Shown piece by piece: positions 18,223 through 26,494 of a DNA stretch of 64,000 bases. Position 1 is the stretch's first letter. Each line of letters begins with the position of its first letter. The notes under the pieces were generated by a model that was given only the letters and a program-made list of their open reading frames with translations, did not search any database and was not told the origin of the DNA. Source of the DNA: Thermoplasmata archaeon (GTDB lineage: Archaea > Thermoplasmatota > Thermoplasmata > UBA10834); contig JAWCKF010000006.1 of NCBI GenBank assembly GCA_038852315.1, positions 10,568 to 74,567 of the forward strand, written 5' to 3'. The translations under genes were made by a program, and so were the position numbers.

Positions 18223-19230
18223 TCATCCGAACAGTGCGCTCAGACCGGCCGCTGCCTCCTCTTCCGATACCTTCTCCTCCTTCTTCTCCTCTTTCTTCTC
18301 GGCCGGCTTGCCGGGACCTCCCTTGTCCTCCGGTGGCCTCGGGACGTTGGCGAGAGCGCTCCTGAGCTCGTCGTCAAGTGCGGCCGGCACCTTGGACGCG
18401 AGCGAGAGCATCTGTGCGTTGGCCTTCGCGAGCATGAGCTTGATGGTCTCCTTGTTGGGTATGTCAGCGTTGACCGCGAGGTTGAGGGCGTTCATGTGCG
18501 CCTTAGCCAAGAGCGGTCCGATGGACTGCCTTGTCGGGTAAGCGATGAACACAGCGAGATTGAGCGCGCCCGCAGCAGCGCTCCTGACCTTGTTCAGAAT
18601 CTCCGCTTCGTCGACCGCGAGGACATCCCTCTTGTAGACCATCCCGTCCTCGTACGCTGCGTGCAGGTCGAGACCTACGGTGAGCGGATATACCTCCAGC
18701 TTCGACAGGACGAGCGCCACCTCCCGTGGAATCCTCTCACCTTTCTTGACAAGCACCTTGTCCTTCTTGATGACGACCTTGCCCTGCTCGATCGCCGCTG
18801 GCAGGCCTGCCTTCTGCAGCTCGCCGACTATAGGTCCGGGCTTGAAGGGTGTCTCGCCCGCCTTTATCTCGATGTCCTCAGGGGCGACCTCGCCCCCCTT
18901 CGCCGGCATCTTTGTCTTGGTGGCATCGAGCTGCTTGTAGAGCTTGAAAGGGTTGAGGTCGGTCGTGACTATCGCGCACTGCCCCTCGACCGCCTCGGCG
19001 AGCTTCTCGACGCCCTTCCTTTCCTTGGATGCCTGCTCGAGCGCGATCTTCAGGAGGGTGTTCTTGAGCACGGTTATCTGCGCCTTGCCCCTGAGATTCG
19101 TCCTGATCGTCTGGAAGGCAGGCGCGGGCACTCCATGGATATCGATGACTCCGACGACCTTGCTCTTCGCTATCTGAGATGCGAGGCTCGCTACCGCCTC
19201 CTTCTTCCAGGGTGCAACATGGGCCGTCAT
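18223..19230 (-). CDS. rpl10: Ribosomal protein uL10 (P0)
   Basis: 335 aa. It begins with an N-terminal APWKKEAV motif and ends with the same [19 protein letters not shown] tail as P1. Confidence 0.92.
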   Translation of the reverse strand: MTAHVAPWKKEAVASLASQIAKSKVVGVIDIHGVPAPAFQTIRTNLRGKAQITVLKNTLLKIALEQASKERKGVEKLAEAVEGQCAIVTTDLNPFKLYKQLDATKTKMPAKGGEVAPEDIEIKAGETPFKPGPIVGELQKAGLPAAIEQGKVVIKKDKVLVKKGERIPREVALVLSKLEVYPLTVGLDLHAAYEDGMVYKRDVLAVDEAEILNKVRSAAAGALNLAVFIAYPTRQSIGPLLAKAHMNALNLAVNADIPNKETIKLMLAKANAQMLSLASKVPAALDDELRSALANVPRPPEDKGGPGKPAEKKEEKKEEKVSEEEAAAGLSALFG

Positions 19231-19231
19231 C

Positions 19232-19870
19232 TCACATCACCCTGTATGCCGGGCCCATAGTGGTCTTGACATAGACCGAGTGGATGTTCATCTTGCCCCG
19301 CTCGAGCTTCGATATGAGCCTCTTGAGCACCGCGTCGATGTTCTCAGCGATCTTCTCGGGGGGCATGTCCTTCGTGCCCACGGCGCAGTGGAACGTCCTC
19401 CTGTCCCTGCTCCTGACGGCCACGCTGCTCCGGAGCTTCTCTATCTGCGGCTTCGGGTCTGAGCCCGGCGGTATAGGCTTCGGCATCTTGCCCCTCGGCC
19501 CGAGGACTACGCCGAGCCGCTTGCCGATCGTGGGCATGAGGGGCGCCTCAGCGAGGAAGAAATCCCCGCTCGCAGCGAACTTCCTGGCCTTAGCCTTGTC
19601 CGAGGCGATCTTCTCGATCTCGTCGGGCTGGATCACGATGTCCGCGACGCCCTTTGCCTTGACAGCCATCTCCGAGCTGCCGAACACACCTATCCTGACC
19701 GGTTTCCCGCGGCCGTTCGGAAGGACGATCTCCTCTTGGATCCTGTTCTTAGGATTGGACAGGTCGATGTCCTTGAGGTTTATCGCGAGCTCCACGGACT
19801 CCAAAAACTTCCTCTGTTTCGATTCCGCCTGGAGCTTCTTTATCGTGTCTATTAGCTGCTGGTCAACCAA
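19232..19870 (-). CDS. rpl1: Ribosomal protein uL1
   Basis: 212 aa. L1 family pattern (ESVELAINLKDIDL...GRGKPVRIGVF...GKRLGVVLGPRGKMP). It uses a TTG start preceded by GGAGGGG. Confidence 0.92.
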   Translation of the reverse strand: MVDQQLIDTIKKLQAESKQRKFLESVELAINLKDIDLSNPKNRIQEEIVLPNGRGKPVRIGVFGSSEMAVKAKGVADIVIQPDEIEKIASDKAKARKFAASGDFFLAEAPLMPTIGKRLGVVLGPRGKMPKPIPPGSDPKPQIEKLRSSVAVRSRDRRTFHCAVGTKDMPPEKIAENIDAVLKRLISKLERGKMNIHSVYVKTTMGPAYRVM

Positions 19871-19884
19871 GCCAGACCCCTCCG

Positions 19885-19958
19885 ATGTAGTGCTTGCGAG
19901 CCCTGGGGGCTCTCCTACATGACTAGGGAGTGGAGCGAATGCAGATGGGGTTTATAAT
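19885..19958 (-). promoter_or_regulatory. rpl1 promoter (TATA ATTATAAA at 19951-19958, minus strand) plus structured 5' leader
   Basis: In the leader RNA, AUGUAG (19920-19915) pairs with CUACAU (19890-19885). This outer stem encloses the hairpin GAGCCC-CCA-GGGCUC (19912-19898) with an asymmetric internal loop, and it abuts the SD. Confidence 0.4.
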
Positions 19959-20042
19959 GGTTTGTCAGCTCCACTTGCACAGACAGGCAAAAGCATCGGG
20001 CCCAAGCACCCGCCCCTGCAGTTGCTGGGGGTCGTTACCTCC

Positions 20043-20678
20043 TCAGGGCTCAGAAACGGATTCACAGAACCTCAGAAGATCGTCCGGGATTGTTCCTACG
20101 GCGGTCAGCAGCCTGTAACCTCGCCCGTCCATGCACCATGCGACGATGTTGCCAGTATCGTCCGGACACGTGATAAGTCCAGGGCAACCCCCAATCATCA
20201 CGGCTTTCGTACGGCCCTGATTCAACTCCACAACGCAGTTTATATAGGAAGCTGGGTCGGGCAAACCCTCACTTACATAGAGGATCCAGTATCCCTTTGA
20301 CAGGATGTCCCGTGACATCAAGGGCGTTTCGGTTGGCAACTGAATTCGTCCGGATACCAGTTGCAGCCAGGCTGTCCCCCTATCAATGAAGATCCCCTGG
20401 AATTGGAAACCGTCGGCCAACCACTTGGGCAATCGCACATCCTGACCTAGGATTGATTTTGCCTGATCTACCGAGTACACCCTCTCAGGGCATAACGGTG
20501 GCCCGGGCGGGTAGAACGGCGCGCTCTGTGATTCATTCCTATCGGCTGGCTGGACTGCTATCATAGCCAGTTTCAGCGACAGCACCACGAAAGCAACTAC
20601 CCAGAGAACGGACAGACCATTTCTCGACAACGCCTTTGTCTTCGGTTTCATCAGGACTACCTCCCCTAGCTGCTTCAC
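20043..20678 (-). CDS. Membrane-anchored protein, DUF4367-like C-terminal domain (paralog B)
   Basis: 211 aa with an N-terminal TM (LSVLWVVAFVVLSLKLAMIAV). The C-terminal IGGCPGLITCPDDTGNIVAWCMDGRGYRLLTAVGTIPDDLLRFCESV is paralogous to 17032..17664. Confidence 0.6.
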   Translation of the reverse strand: MKQLGEVVLMKPKTKALSRNGLSVLWVVAFVVLSLKLAMIAVQPADRNESQSAPFYPPGPPLCPERVYSVDQAKSILGQDVRLPKWLADGFQFQGIFIDRGTAWLQLVSGRIQLPTETPLMSRDILSKGYWILYVSEGLPDPASYINCVVELNQGRTKAVMIGGCPGLITCPDDTGNIVAWCMDGRGYRLLTAVGTIPDDLLRFCESVSEP

Positions 20679-20998
20679 ATTAACCTGCCGAGAGAATGAC
20701 CATCGGTGCGAAGAACATCAGTCCGATGAAGATGGTAGTCAATTCACGCCCCACTCTCGAATCACTTATTCACGAATACGCCGTTCACGCTCTTTTCTTC
20801 GCTCGTTACCTCATACCCCTCCTACTATTCGCACGCTCGATAGCCTTGGCACGTTTCGCTCTCGCAAGTCAAAGCCCGCTCAGTGTTTCCGCCTGTTCTC
20901 AGCATCCTGACCGGCGATTCAAATGCCAGCCGGACCGACCCGAAGGGAAACCCTTTAACTGTAACGATGTTATTCGCGACTTGTAGGGGAGTGGGCCG

Positions 20999-22405
20999 AC
21001 GGCTAGGAGGATAGTCATCATCGGCGGAGGGTGTGGCGGTGGCACAGCCGCGCAGTTCGCGAGGAAGACCGACAGGACGGCCGAGATCACGGTCATCGAG
21101 CGTGAGACGTACCCGCAGTACTCTCGGTGCGGCCTTCCCTATGGGATATCCGGCGTGATTCCTGAGCTGACGAACCTGATCGAGGCTCCTGAGGAGCGCA
21201 TGAGGAAGAACAGGATCAATCTGATGCTGGGCTCAGAGGTCACGAGGGTGGAGCACGACAAGAGGCTCGTGCATGTGAAGACCCCTGACAAGGAGCTCGA
21301 GCTGCCATACGATTCGCTCGTGCTCGCAACGGGCGCCAAGGCGGTGGTCCCGCCCATAAGGGGCGTGTTCAAGGAGGGCGGGAAGCCTGGTGAGCTGAAG
21401 AAGGGCGTGTTCGTCCTCAGGACGATCGAGGACGCAAGGGGCATTCAGTCGCTCGGATACAAGGGCAAGCGGGCCGTGGTGATAGGTGCAGGACTGGTCG
21501 GGCTCGAGGTGGCGGAGGCGCTCATGATCAGAGGCTGCAAGGTCACGATAATCGAGTACCTCTCGAACTGCATACTCGCCATGGTCGACGACGACATGGC
21601 CCAGATGATGGCAGAGGCGATAGCCAAGCACGGCGTGAAGCTCTTCACGGAGCACCAGGTCGTCGAGGTGCTCGGGGAGGAGCGCGCTACAGGCGTCGTC
21701 GCCGTGAACAGGAAGACCAACGAGGAGAGGGAGTTCATCGCTGACCTCATCGTCGTCGCGACGGGCCAGAGGGGCGAGACGGAGCTCGCAAGGCAGATCG
21801 GTTGCGAGGTCGGCGTCACGAAGCAGATAGTCGTCAACGACAGGTGTGAGACCTGCGTCAAGGACGTGTATGCTGTGGGCGACTGCACCGAGTACCCAGA
21901 CTTCGTCACGAACAGGCCGTACGTGAGCGGGCTCGGCACGATCGCCGTGAAGATGGCCATGGTCGCGGGCGTCAACGCCGCCGGAGGCGACGAGCGCCTC
22001 CCGAGGGGCTTTCTGATAACGAGGGCCACGGAGCCGTTCGGGTGCCAGGTCGCCGCAGTTGGCCCGACCACGCCTCAGCTGGAGGCCGCGGGCATAAAGC
22101 CCCTGGTCGGCAAGGTGCGGGCGTTCACGCTCCCCGACTACTACCCTGGCAGGAAGGAGATCTATGTCAAGGTCCTCGCACACCCGGAGACCGGCAAGAT
22201 ACTCGGCGCGCAGATCGTGGGCGAGGACCGCGTGCACATGAGGATAAACGCGTTCGCTGTCGCGATACAGGCGGGCATGACCGTCCAGGAGCTCGCGCAG
22301 CTCGAGACCGCGTATTGTCCGCCGGCGGCACCGACGGTCGACCCGATAACTATCGCGTGCGAGGCCGCGAAGCTGAAGATGGCAAGGCTGCCCAGGCCGG
22401 GCTGA
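20999..22405 (+). CDS. Pyridine nucleotide-disulfide oxidoreductase (NADH oxidase / CoA-disulfide reductase family)
   Basis: The track ORF starts at GTG 21155. The same frame is open from 20987 and encodes ARRIVIIGGGCGGGTAAQFARK (FAD Rossmann motif) and YSRCGLPY (redox Cys). The NAD motif is VVIGAGLVGLE. The only start-like codon at the expected position is ACG at 20999. Confidence 0.8.
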   Translation, partial: TARRIVIIGGGCGGGTAAQFARKTDRTAEITVIERETYPQYSRCGLPYGISGVIPELTNLIEAPEERMRKNRINLMLGSEVTRVEHDKRLVHVKTPDKELELPYDSLVLATGAKAVVPPIRGVFKEGGKPGELKKGVFVLRTIEDARGIQSLGYKGKRAVVIGAGLVGLEVAEALMIRGCKVTIIEYLSNCILAMVDDDMAQMMAEAIAKHGVKLFTEHQVVEVLGEERATGVVAVNRKTNEEREFIADLIVVATGQRGETELARQIGCEVGVTKQIVVNDRCETCVKDVYAVGDCTEYPDFVTNRPYVSGLGTIAVKMAMVAGVNAAGGDERLPRGFLITRATEPFGCQVAAVGPTTPQLEAAGIKPLVGKVRAFTLPDYYPGRKEIYVKVLAHPETGKILGAQIVGEDRVHMRINAFAVAIQAGMTVQELAQLETAYCPPAAPTVDPITIACEAAKLKMARLPRPG

Positions 22406-22406
22406 C

Positions 22407-22880
22407 TCAGAACAGTCCCTGGTAGCCGCCCTCTTCTATCTCCTTCATCACTACCTTGGGGTCCTTCCCGTCTATCGTGACGCCCATGGAGACGCAGGTC
22501 CCCACGACCTCCTTGAACCTCGCCTTCTTGTCCTTGCCGAGCATCGAGTCCTTCTTCATCTCCGCTATCTTCTGCACCTGCTCGGCCTTCAGGTTGCCTA
22601 TCTTGGTCGCCTTGGGGCTCCCGCTGCCCTTCTCGACGCCGAGCTCCTTCAGTATCAGCGCGGACACGGGCGGCGTGCCCACCTTGATCTCGAACGACTT
22701 CGTCTTCGGGTCGACGATGAGCGTCACGGGCACCTTCATGCCCGCGAAGGCCTTCGTCTTCTCGTTGATCGCGTTCACGACCTGTATCACATTCACGCCC
22801 AGCGGTCCCAGGGCAGGGCCCAGGGGCGGCCCTGGCGTGGCCTTGCCGCCGTCGACCAGCACATCCAGCTTCTCTGCCAT
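22407..22880 (-). CDS. rpl11: Ribosomal protein uL11
   Basis: 157 aa. [21 protein letters not shown] is the L11 signature. Confidence 0.93.
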   Translation of the reverse strand: MAEKLDVLVDGGKATPGPPLGPALGPLGVNVIQVVNAINEKTKAFAGMKVPVTLIVDPKTKSFEIKVGTPPVSALILKELGVEKGSGSPKATKIGNLKAEQVQKIAEMKKDSMLGKDKKARFKEVVGTCVSMGVTIDGKDPKVVMKEIEEGGYQGLF

Positions 22881-22883
22881 CGC

Positions 22884-23819
22884 TCATCTCTCCTTCTCAA
22901 GAACCCTAACATGATCTCCGCGGATCGTGACGGGTATCGGCACCATCGCCTCGAACAGCTCGACAGTGATCTCCTCCTTGTTGTGGTCGATCTGCTGCAC
23001 CCTGGCCTTCTCGCCCTTGAACGGGCCCGCGATGAGCTCGACGATGTCGCCCTCAACTATGCCCGAGACGGCTGGCTTCGGCGTCAGGAAGTGCTCGATC
23101 TCTGCAAAAGTCGTCTCGCCTTTGACTATGCCCCTGGTCCTCCGCACGCCCTTCACAAGGTCCCTCAGCCCGTCCGTGTTCATCGCCTCGACGAACACGT
23201 AGCCTCTTATGGTCGCGGGCGAGAGTATCGCGAACACGCCTATCGACGGCTTGGGTTTCGCCCTCGAGGCTATCGAGTCCGCGACGGTCTTCTCGTGACC
23301 TATGGATGTCTTGACCGCGAGCATGGATTGCCTGGCGGTCGCCTGGAGAGTCGCGACGTCGTTCATGCTCGGGTTCTCCTTCAGATGGGCGTTCACCAGC
23401 ACGGTTATCTTGTCCCCGTACCTGGCGCCCGTCGGAGAGGTGACCCTGAGGATGAAGGTCTTCTCTTGGCCCGGCATCATCTCGAAGAGCTTCTCGTTCG
23501 CAGGCTCCGCGCTGGGCGTGTTCTCCCAGACGAGTCCGATCGCGTCGTAGAGCTTGACGATCCACTCGGGCGACCCTTCCTCGGTGGCCGAGAACACGGT
23601 GTCAACCTTTATCGAGAGCGTGTGCGGCTGCCCGTCGTCCGGCACTCTTATCGACATCTCGAACTCCGTCGAGTCACCCGACGCGATCATACGCTTGGTC
23701 TCGCCCTGGATGTTGAACTGCAGCGCTTTCTGCACGGGCGGCGGAGGCGCAGGAGCCGCTGCCACCTCCTTCTTGGGCTCCTCCTTCTTCTTCAGGTCCA
23801 GGTTATCAAAAAGCCCCAA
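22884..23819 (-). CDS. spt5: Transcription elongation factor Spt5 (NusG) with 165-aa in-frame N-terminal extension
   Basis: The C-terminal 146 aa, from MLAVKTSIGHEKTVA (ATG at 23324), is a complete NGN plus KOW module (GDIVELIAGPFKGEKARV). The upstream 165 codons are in frame with no stop and look like a beta-sandwich domain. Confidence 0.85.
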   Translation of the reverse strand: MGLFDNLDLKKKEEPKKEVAAAPAPPPPVQKALQFNIQGETKRMIASGDSTEFEMSIRVPDDGQPHTLSIKVDTVFSATEEGSPEWIVKLYDAIGLVWENTPSAEPANEKLFEMMPGQEKTFILRVTSPTGARYGDKITVLVNAHLKENPSMNDVATLQATARQSMLAVKTSIGHEKTVADSIASRAKPKPSIGVFAILSPATIRGYVFVEAMNTDGLRDLVKGVRRTRGIVKGETTFAEIEHFLTPKPAVSGIVEGDIVELIAGPFKGEKARVQQIDHNKEEITVELFEAMVPIPVTIRGDHVRVLEKER

Positions 23820-23867
23820 TCACATCCCTCATCTCACAGTCTTGCATGGTCCTTCAACGCGCCGAAC

Positions 23868-24116
23868 TCATCCGAACGCGTTCCCGAGGAGCTTCGAGCC
23901 GTACTCGAAGATCCAGTATATCAGGAAACCGAGCCCTCCAATCAGTATCAGCCCTATGGCGACTATCTGCGTGACTCTGATGTACTCCTCGCCCGTGGGC
24001 TTCCGGGCCATCTTGATGACCCTCCCGTACTTGCCCTTGCCTATGTGCTTGGTCTTCTCCTCTATCCTGCGCTGGAGGTCCCACGACTTGTCGATTATCT
24101 CCTTTATCTCAGGCAT
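23868..24116 (-). CDS. secE: Protein translocase subunit SecE / Sec61-gamma
   Basis: 82 aa with the motif YGRVIKMARKPTGEEY followed by a single TM helix. It sits in the conserved position upstream of spt5. Confidence 0.85.
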   Translation of the reverse strand: MPEIKEIIDKSWDLQRRIEEKTKHIGKGKYGRVIKMARKPTGEEYIRVTQIVAIGLILIGGLGFLIYWIFEYGSKLLGNAFG

Positions 24117-24142
24117 GCGCGTTCCTTGTCCTAGTACTGGTA

Positions 24143-25246
24143 CTACCTAATAAAGTCTAGGCCCATATCGTGCTTCTTCTTGTCCCTGCTGGGCCCGAAT
24201 ATCTGCTTAGACTTGACCCCTGTGATGACCACCATGACCCTGATCGTCCTGTCCAGGGTCTCGTCCACCGCGGCACCCCAGATTATCCTCGCGCCGGGGC
24301 TTATCTTGGACTGTATCACCTCGGCGACCTGCTCGGCCTCCGAGACGGTCATGCTCGGCCCGCCCGTGACGTTGACGAGTGCCGCCGTGGCCTCGCTTAT
24401 GTCCATCTCTATCAGTGGGGAGTTGATGGCCTCGTTCACCGCGTTAAGCGCGGCATCATCGTCGTCCGACTCGCCCAGGCCTATCATCGCTACGCCTCCA
24501 GACTTCATCACGGTCTTGATGTCGTTGAAGTCCAGGTTGACGAGCCCGGGCTTGGTGACTATCTCGGTGATGCCCTTGATGGACCTCATCAGCACTTCGT
24601 CCGCGACCTTGAACGCGGCGTTGAGCGAGAGCTTGGGCACTATCTCCAGCAGCTTGTCGTTCGGAATGACGATCACCGTGTCCGCGATGTTCCTCAGCCT
24701 CTCGAGGCCCCACTCGGCGTTCTCAGCCCGGACCGCCCCCTCGGCCTGGAACGGATATGTGCATATGGCCACCGTCAGAGCGCCCAGCTCCTTGGCTATC
24801 TGGGCGACTATCGGCGCAGAGCCAGTCCCGGTCCCGCCGCCCAGTCCGCACGTGACGAACACGATGTCCGAGTCGGCCAGGGCCTTCTTCAACTCCTCCT
24901 CAGCCTCGCGAGCGGCCTCCTCGCCCACTTGAGGGAGAGCGCCAGCGCCCAGTCCACGCGTCACACGCCTCCCGAGGAGTATCTTGTGCGGCGCCTTCGT
25001 CATGAGCAGGTGCTGCGCATCGGTGTTGGCAGCGTACAGCTCCGCACCCACGATGCCGGCCTCGGCCAGCCGGGTGATGGTGTTGGAGCCCCCGCCGCCG
25101 CAGCCTATGATCTTTATGTTTGTCCTCAGCCCCATCAGTATCTTCTGGAGCTCCTCATCCTCCGCGGTCATAGGCCGGAACCCCTCCGGCCTCTTCGCCT
25201 GCGCTTCCTCGGCGGCTGCGAGGACGTTGTCGACCAAAGACTTCAT
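24143..25246 (-). CDS. ftsZ: Cell division GTPase FtsZ (FtsZ1-like, copy a)
   Basis: Motifs [39 protein letters not shown] and NLDFND are present. Confidence 0.93.
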   Translation of the reverse strand: MKSLVDNVLAAAEEAQAKRPEGFRPMTAEDEELQKILMGLRTNIKIIGCGGGGSNTITRLAEAGIVGAELYAANTDAQHLLMTKAPHKILLGRRVTRGLGAGALPQVGEEAAREAEEELKKALADSDIVFVTCGLGGGTGTGSAPIVAQIAKELGALTVAICTYPFQAEGAVRAENAEWGLERLRNIADTVIVIPNDKLLEIVPKLSLNAAFKVADEVLMRSIKGITEIVTKPGLVNLDFNDIKTVMKSGGVAMIGLGESDDDDAALNAVNEAINSPLIEMDISEATAALVNVTGGPSMTVSEAEQVAEVIQSKISPGARIIWGAAVDETLDRTIRVMVVITGVKSKQIFGPSRDKKKHDMGLDFIR

Positions 25247-25369
25247 GTCGAAAGCCTCCGAACACGTGATTCCGAATGTGACAAAGCACAGCGGTGAGAC
25301 CAGCTCACCGACCGCTCTGACCGTAGCTGATTAGGTCTCTTAAAAGTTTCGACATGCCCAGACCTGGTC

Positions 25370-26494
25370 CTAACGGACCAGGTCTACCTCTCCGACGCCC
25401 CTGAAGCGCTTCTCTCCAGTCGGCTTGCCGAGTATCTGCTTGGACTTGACGCCCGTCGCGACGAGCATCACCCTCACGGTCTTGTCCATAGCGGGATCGA
25501 TCGCGGCGCCCCAGATTATCCTCGCGTTCTGTCCGACCCTGCTCTGTATCTCCTCTGCAGCCTTCTCAGCCTCGGATATCGTGAGGTCGGTGCCGCCTAT
25601 CACGTCGATGAGCACGCCGTTCGCCTCGCTTATGTCCACCTCGAGCAGAGGCGAGTTGATGGCCTGGTCTATGGCCTCCTCGATCCTCTCCTCGCCCGGC
25701 GCGTCCGATTCGCCCAGGCCTATCATGGCTACACCGGCGCCTTTCATTATCGTCTTGACATCGTTGAAGTCGAGGTTCACGAGGCCAGGCCTTGTGATGA
25801 CCTCTGTTAGGCCCTTGATGGACCTCATCAGCACCTCGTCCGCGACCTTGAAGGCGGCGTTGAGCGACAACCTCGGGACTATCTCGAGCAGCTTGTCGTT
25901 AGGTATGACGACGACTGTGTCAGCGGCATCCCTCAGCCTCTCGAGGCCCCACTCCGCGTTCTCCATCCTCATCTTGCCCTCCCCTCTGAAGGGCAGCGTC
26001 GCGACCACTATTGTCAGAGCCCCCATCTCCTTCGCTATCTTAGCGACGACGTGGGAGCCGCCCGTACCTGTCCCGCCACCCAAGCCGCAAGTCACGAAGC
26101 AGATGTGCGTGTCAACGAGTATCTTCTTCAACTCCTCCTCAGCCTCGCGCGCAGCCTCCTCGCCGATCTGCGGCAGCGCACCAGCACCAAGCCCCCTCGT
26201 GACCCGCCTGCCGAGGAGTATCTTGTGCGGAGCGCGTACGGTGAGCAGGTGCTGCGCATCGGTGTTGGCCGCATACAGTTCCGCACCGACGATGCCCTCG
26301 TCGTATATCCTCGCGACGGTGTTCGTCCCTCCGCCGCCCACGCCTATGATCTTTATGTTCGTCTTGAGCGACCTCAGTATCGCCTCAAGCTCAGCATCCA
26401 CTCGCTGGTCGGCGCCGAGCGCGGCCGCCTGGGCCATGCTGGCTCCTGCTGTTTCCTCTCTCGCCAGGGCGTCTTCGACTAGGGATCTCATCAT
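25370..26494 (-). CDS. ftsZ: Cell division GTPase FtsZ (FtsZ1-like, copy b)
   Basis: It carries the same motif set as copy a. Long identical peptide runs are shared (e.g. [56 protein letters not shown]). Confidence 0.93.
   Translation of the reverse strand: MMRSLVEDALAREETAGASMAQAAALGADQRVDAELEAILRSLKTNIKIIGVGGGGTNTVARIYDEGIVGAELYAANTDAQHLLTVRAPHKILLGRRVTRGLGAGALPQIGEEAAREAEEELKKILVDTHICFVTCGLGGGTGTGGSHVVAKIAKEMGALTIVVATLPFRGEGKMRMENAEWGLERLRDAADTVVVIPNDKLLEIVPRLSLNAAFKVADEVLMRSIKGLTEVITRPGLVNLDFNDVKTIMKGAGVAMIGLGESDAPGEERIEEAIDQAINSPLLEVDISEANGVLIDVIGGTDLTISEAEKAAEEIQSRVGQNARIIWGAAIDPAMDKTVRVMLVATGVKSKQILGKPTGEKRFRGVGEVDLVR

Noticed and set aside
20679-20990. ORF 20696..20986 (96 aa) and possible ncRNA in the spacer upstream of the Nox-like gene
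   Set aside because: The ORF product is low-complexity (Leu/Ala/Ser/Arg) with weak codon bias. Small hairpins (CCGGC...GCCGG, AAGGG-AAA-CCCTT) are present but nothing matches a known RNA class by eye.
21233-22237. 334-aa minus-strand ORF, and 21445..22071 minus
   Set aside because: Both are antisense to the NADH oxidase/CoADR-like gene, which carries FAD/NAD Rossmann motifs. Their composition is Arg/His/Leu-rich.
22911-24134. 407-aa plus-strand ORF across spt5/secE
   Set aside because: It is antisense to Spt5 and SecE, both clearly recognisable. It is Arg/Leu/His-rich junk.
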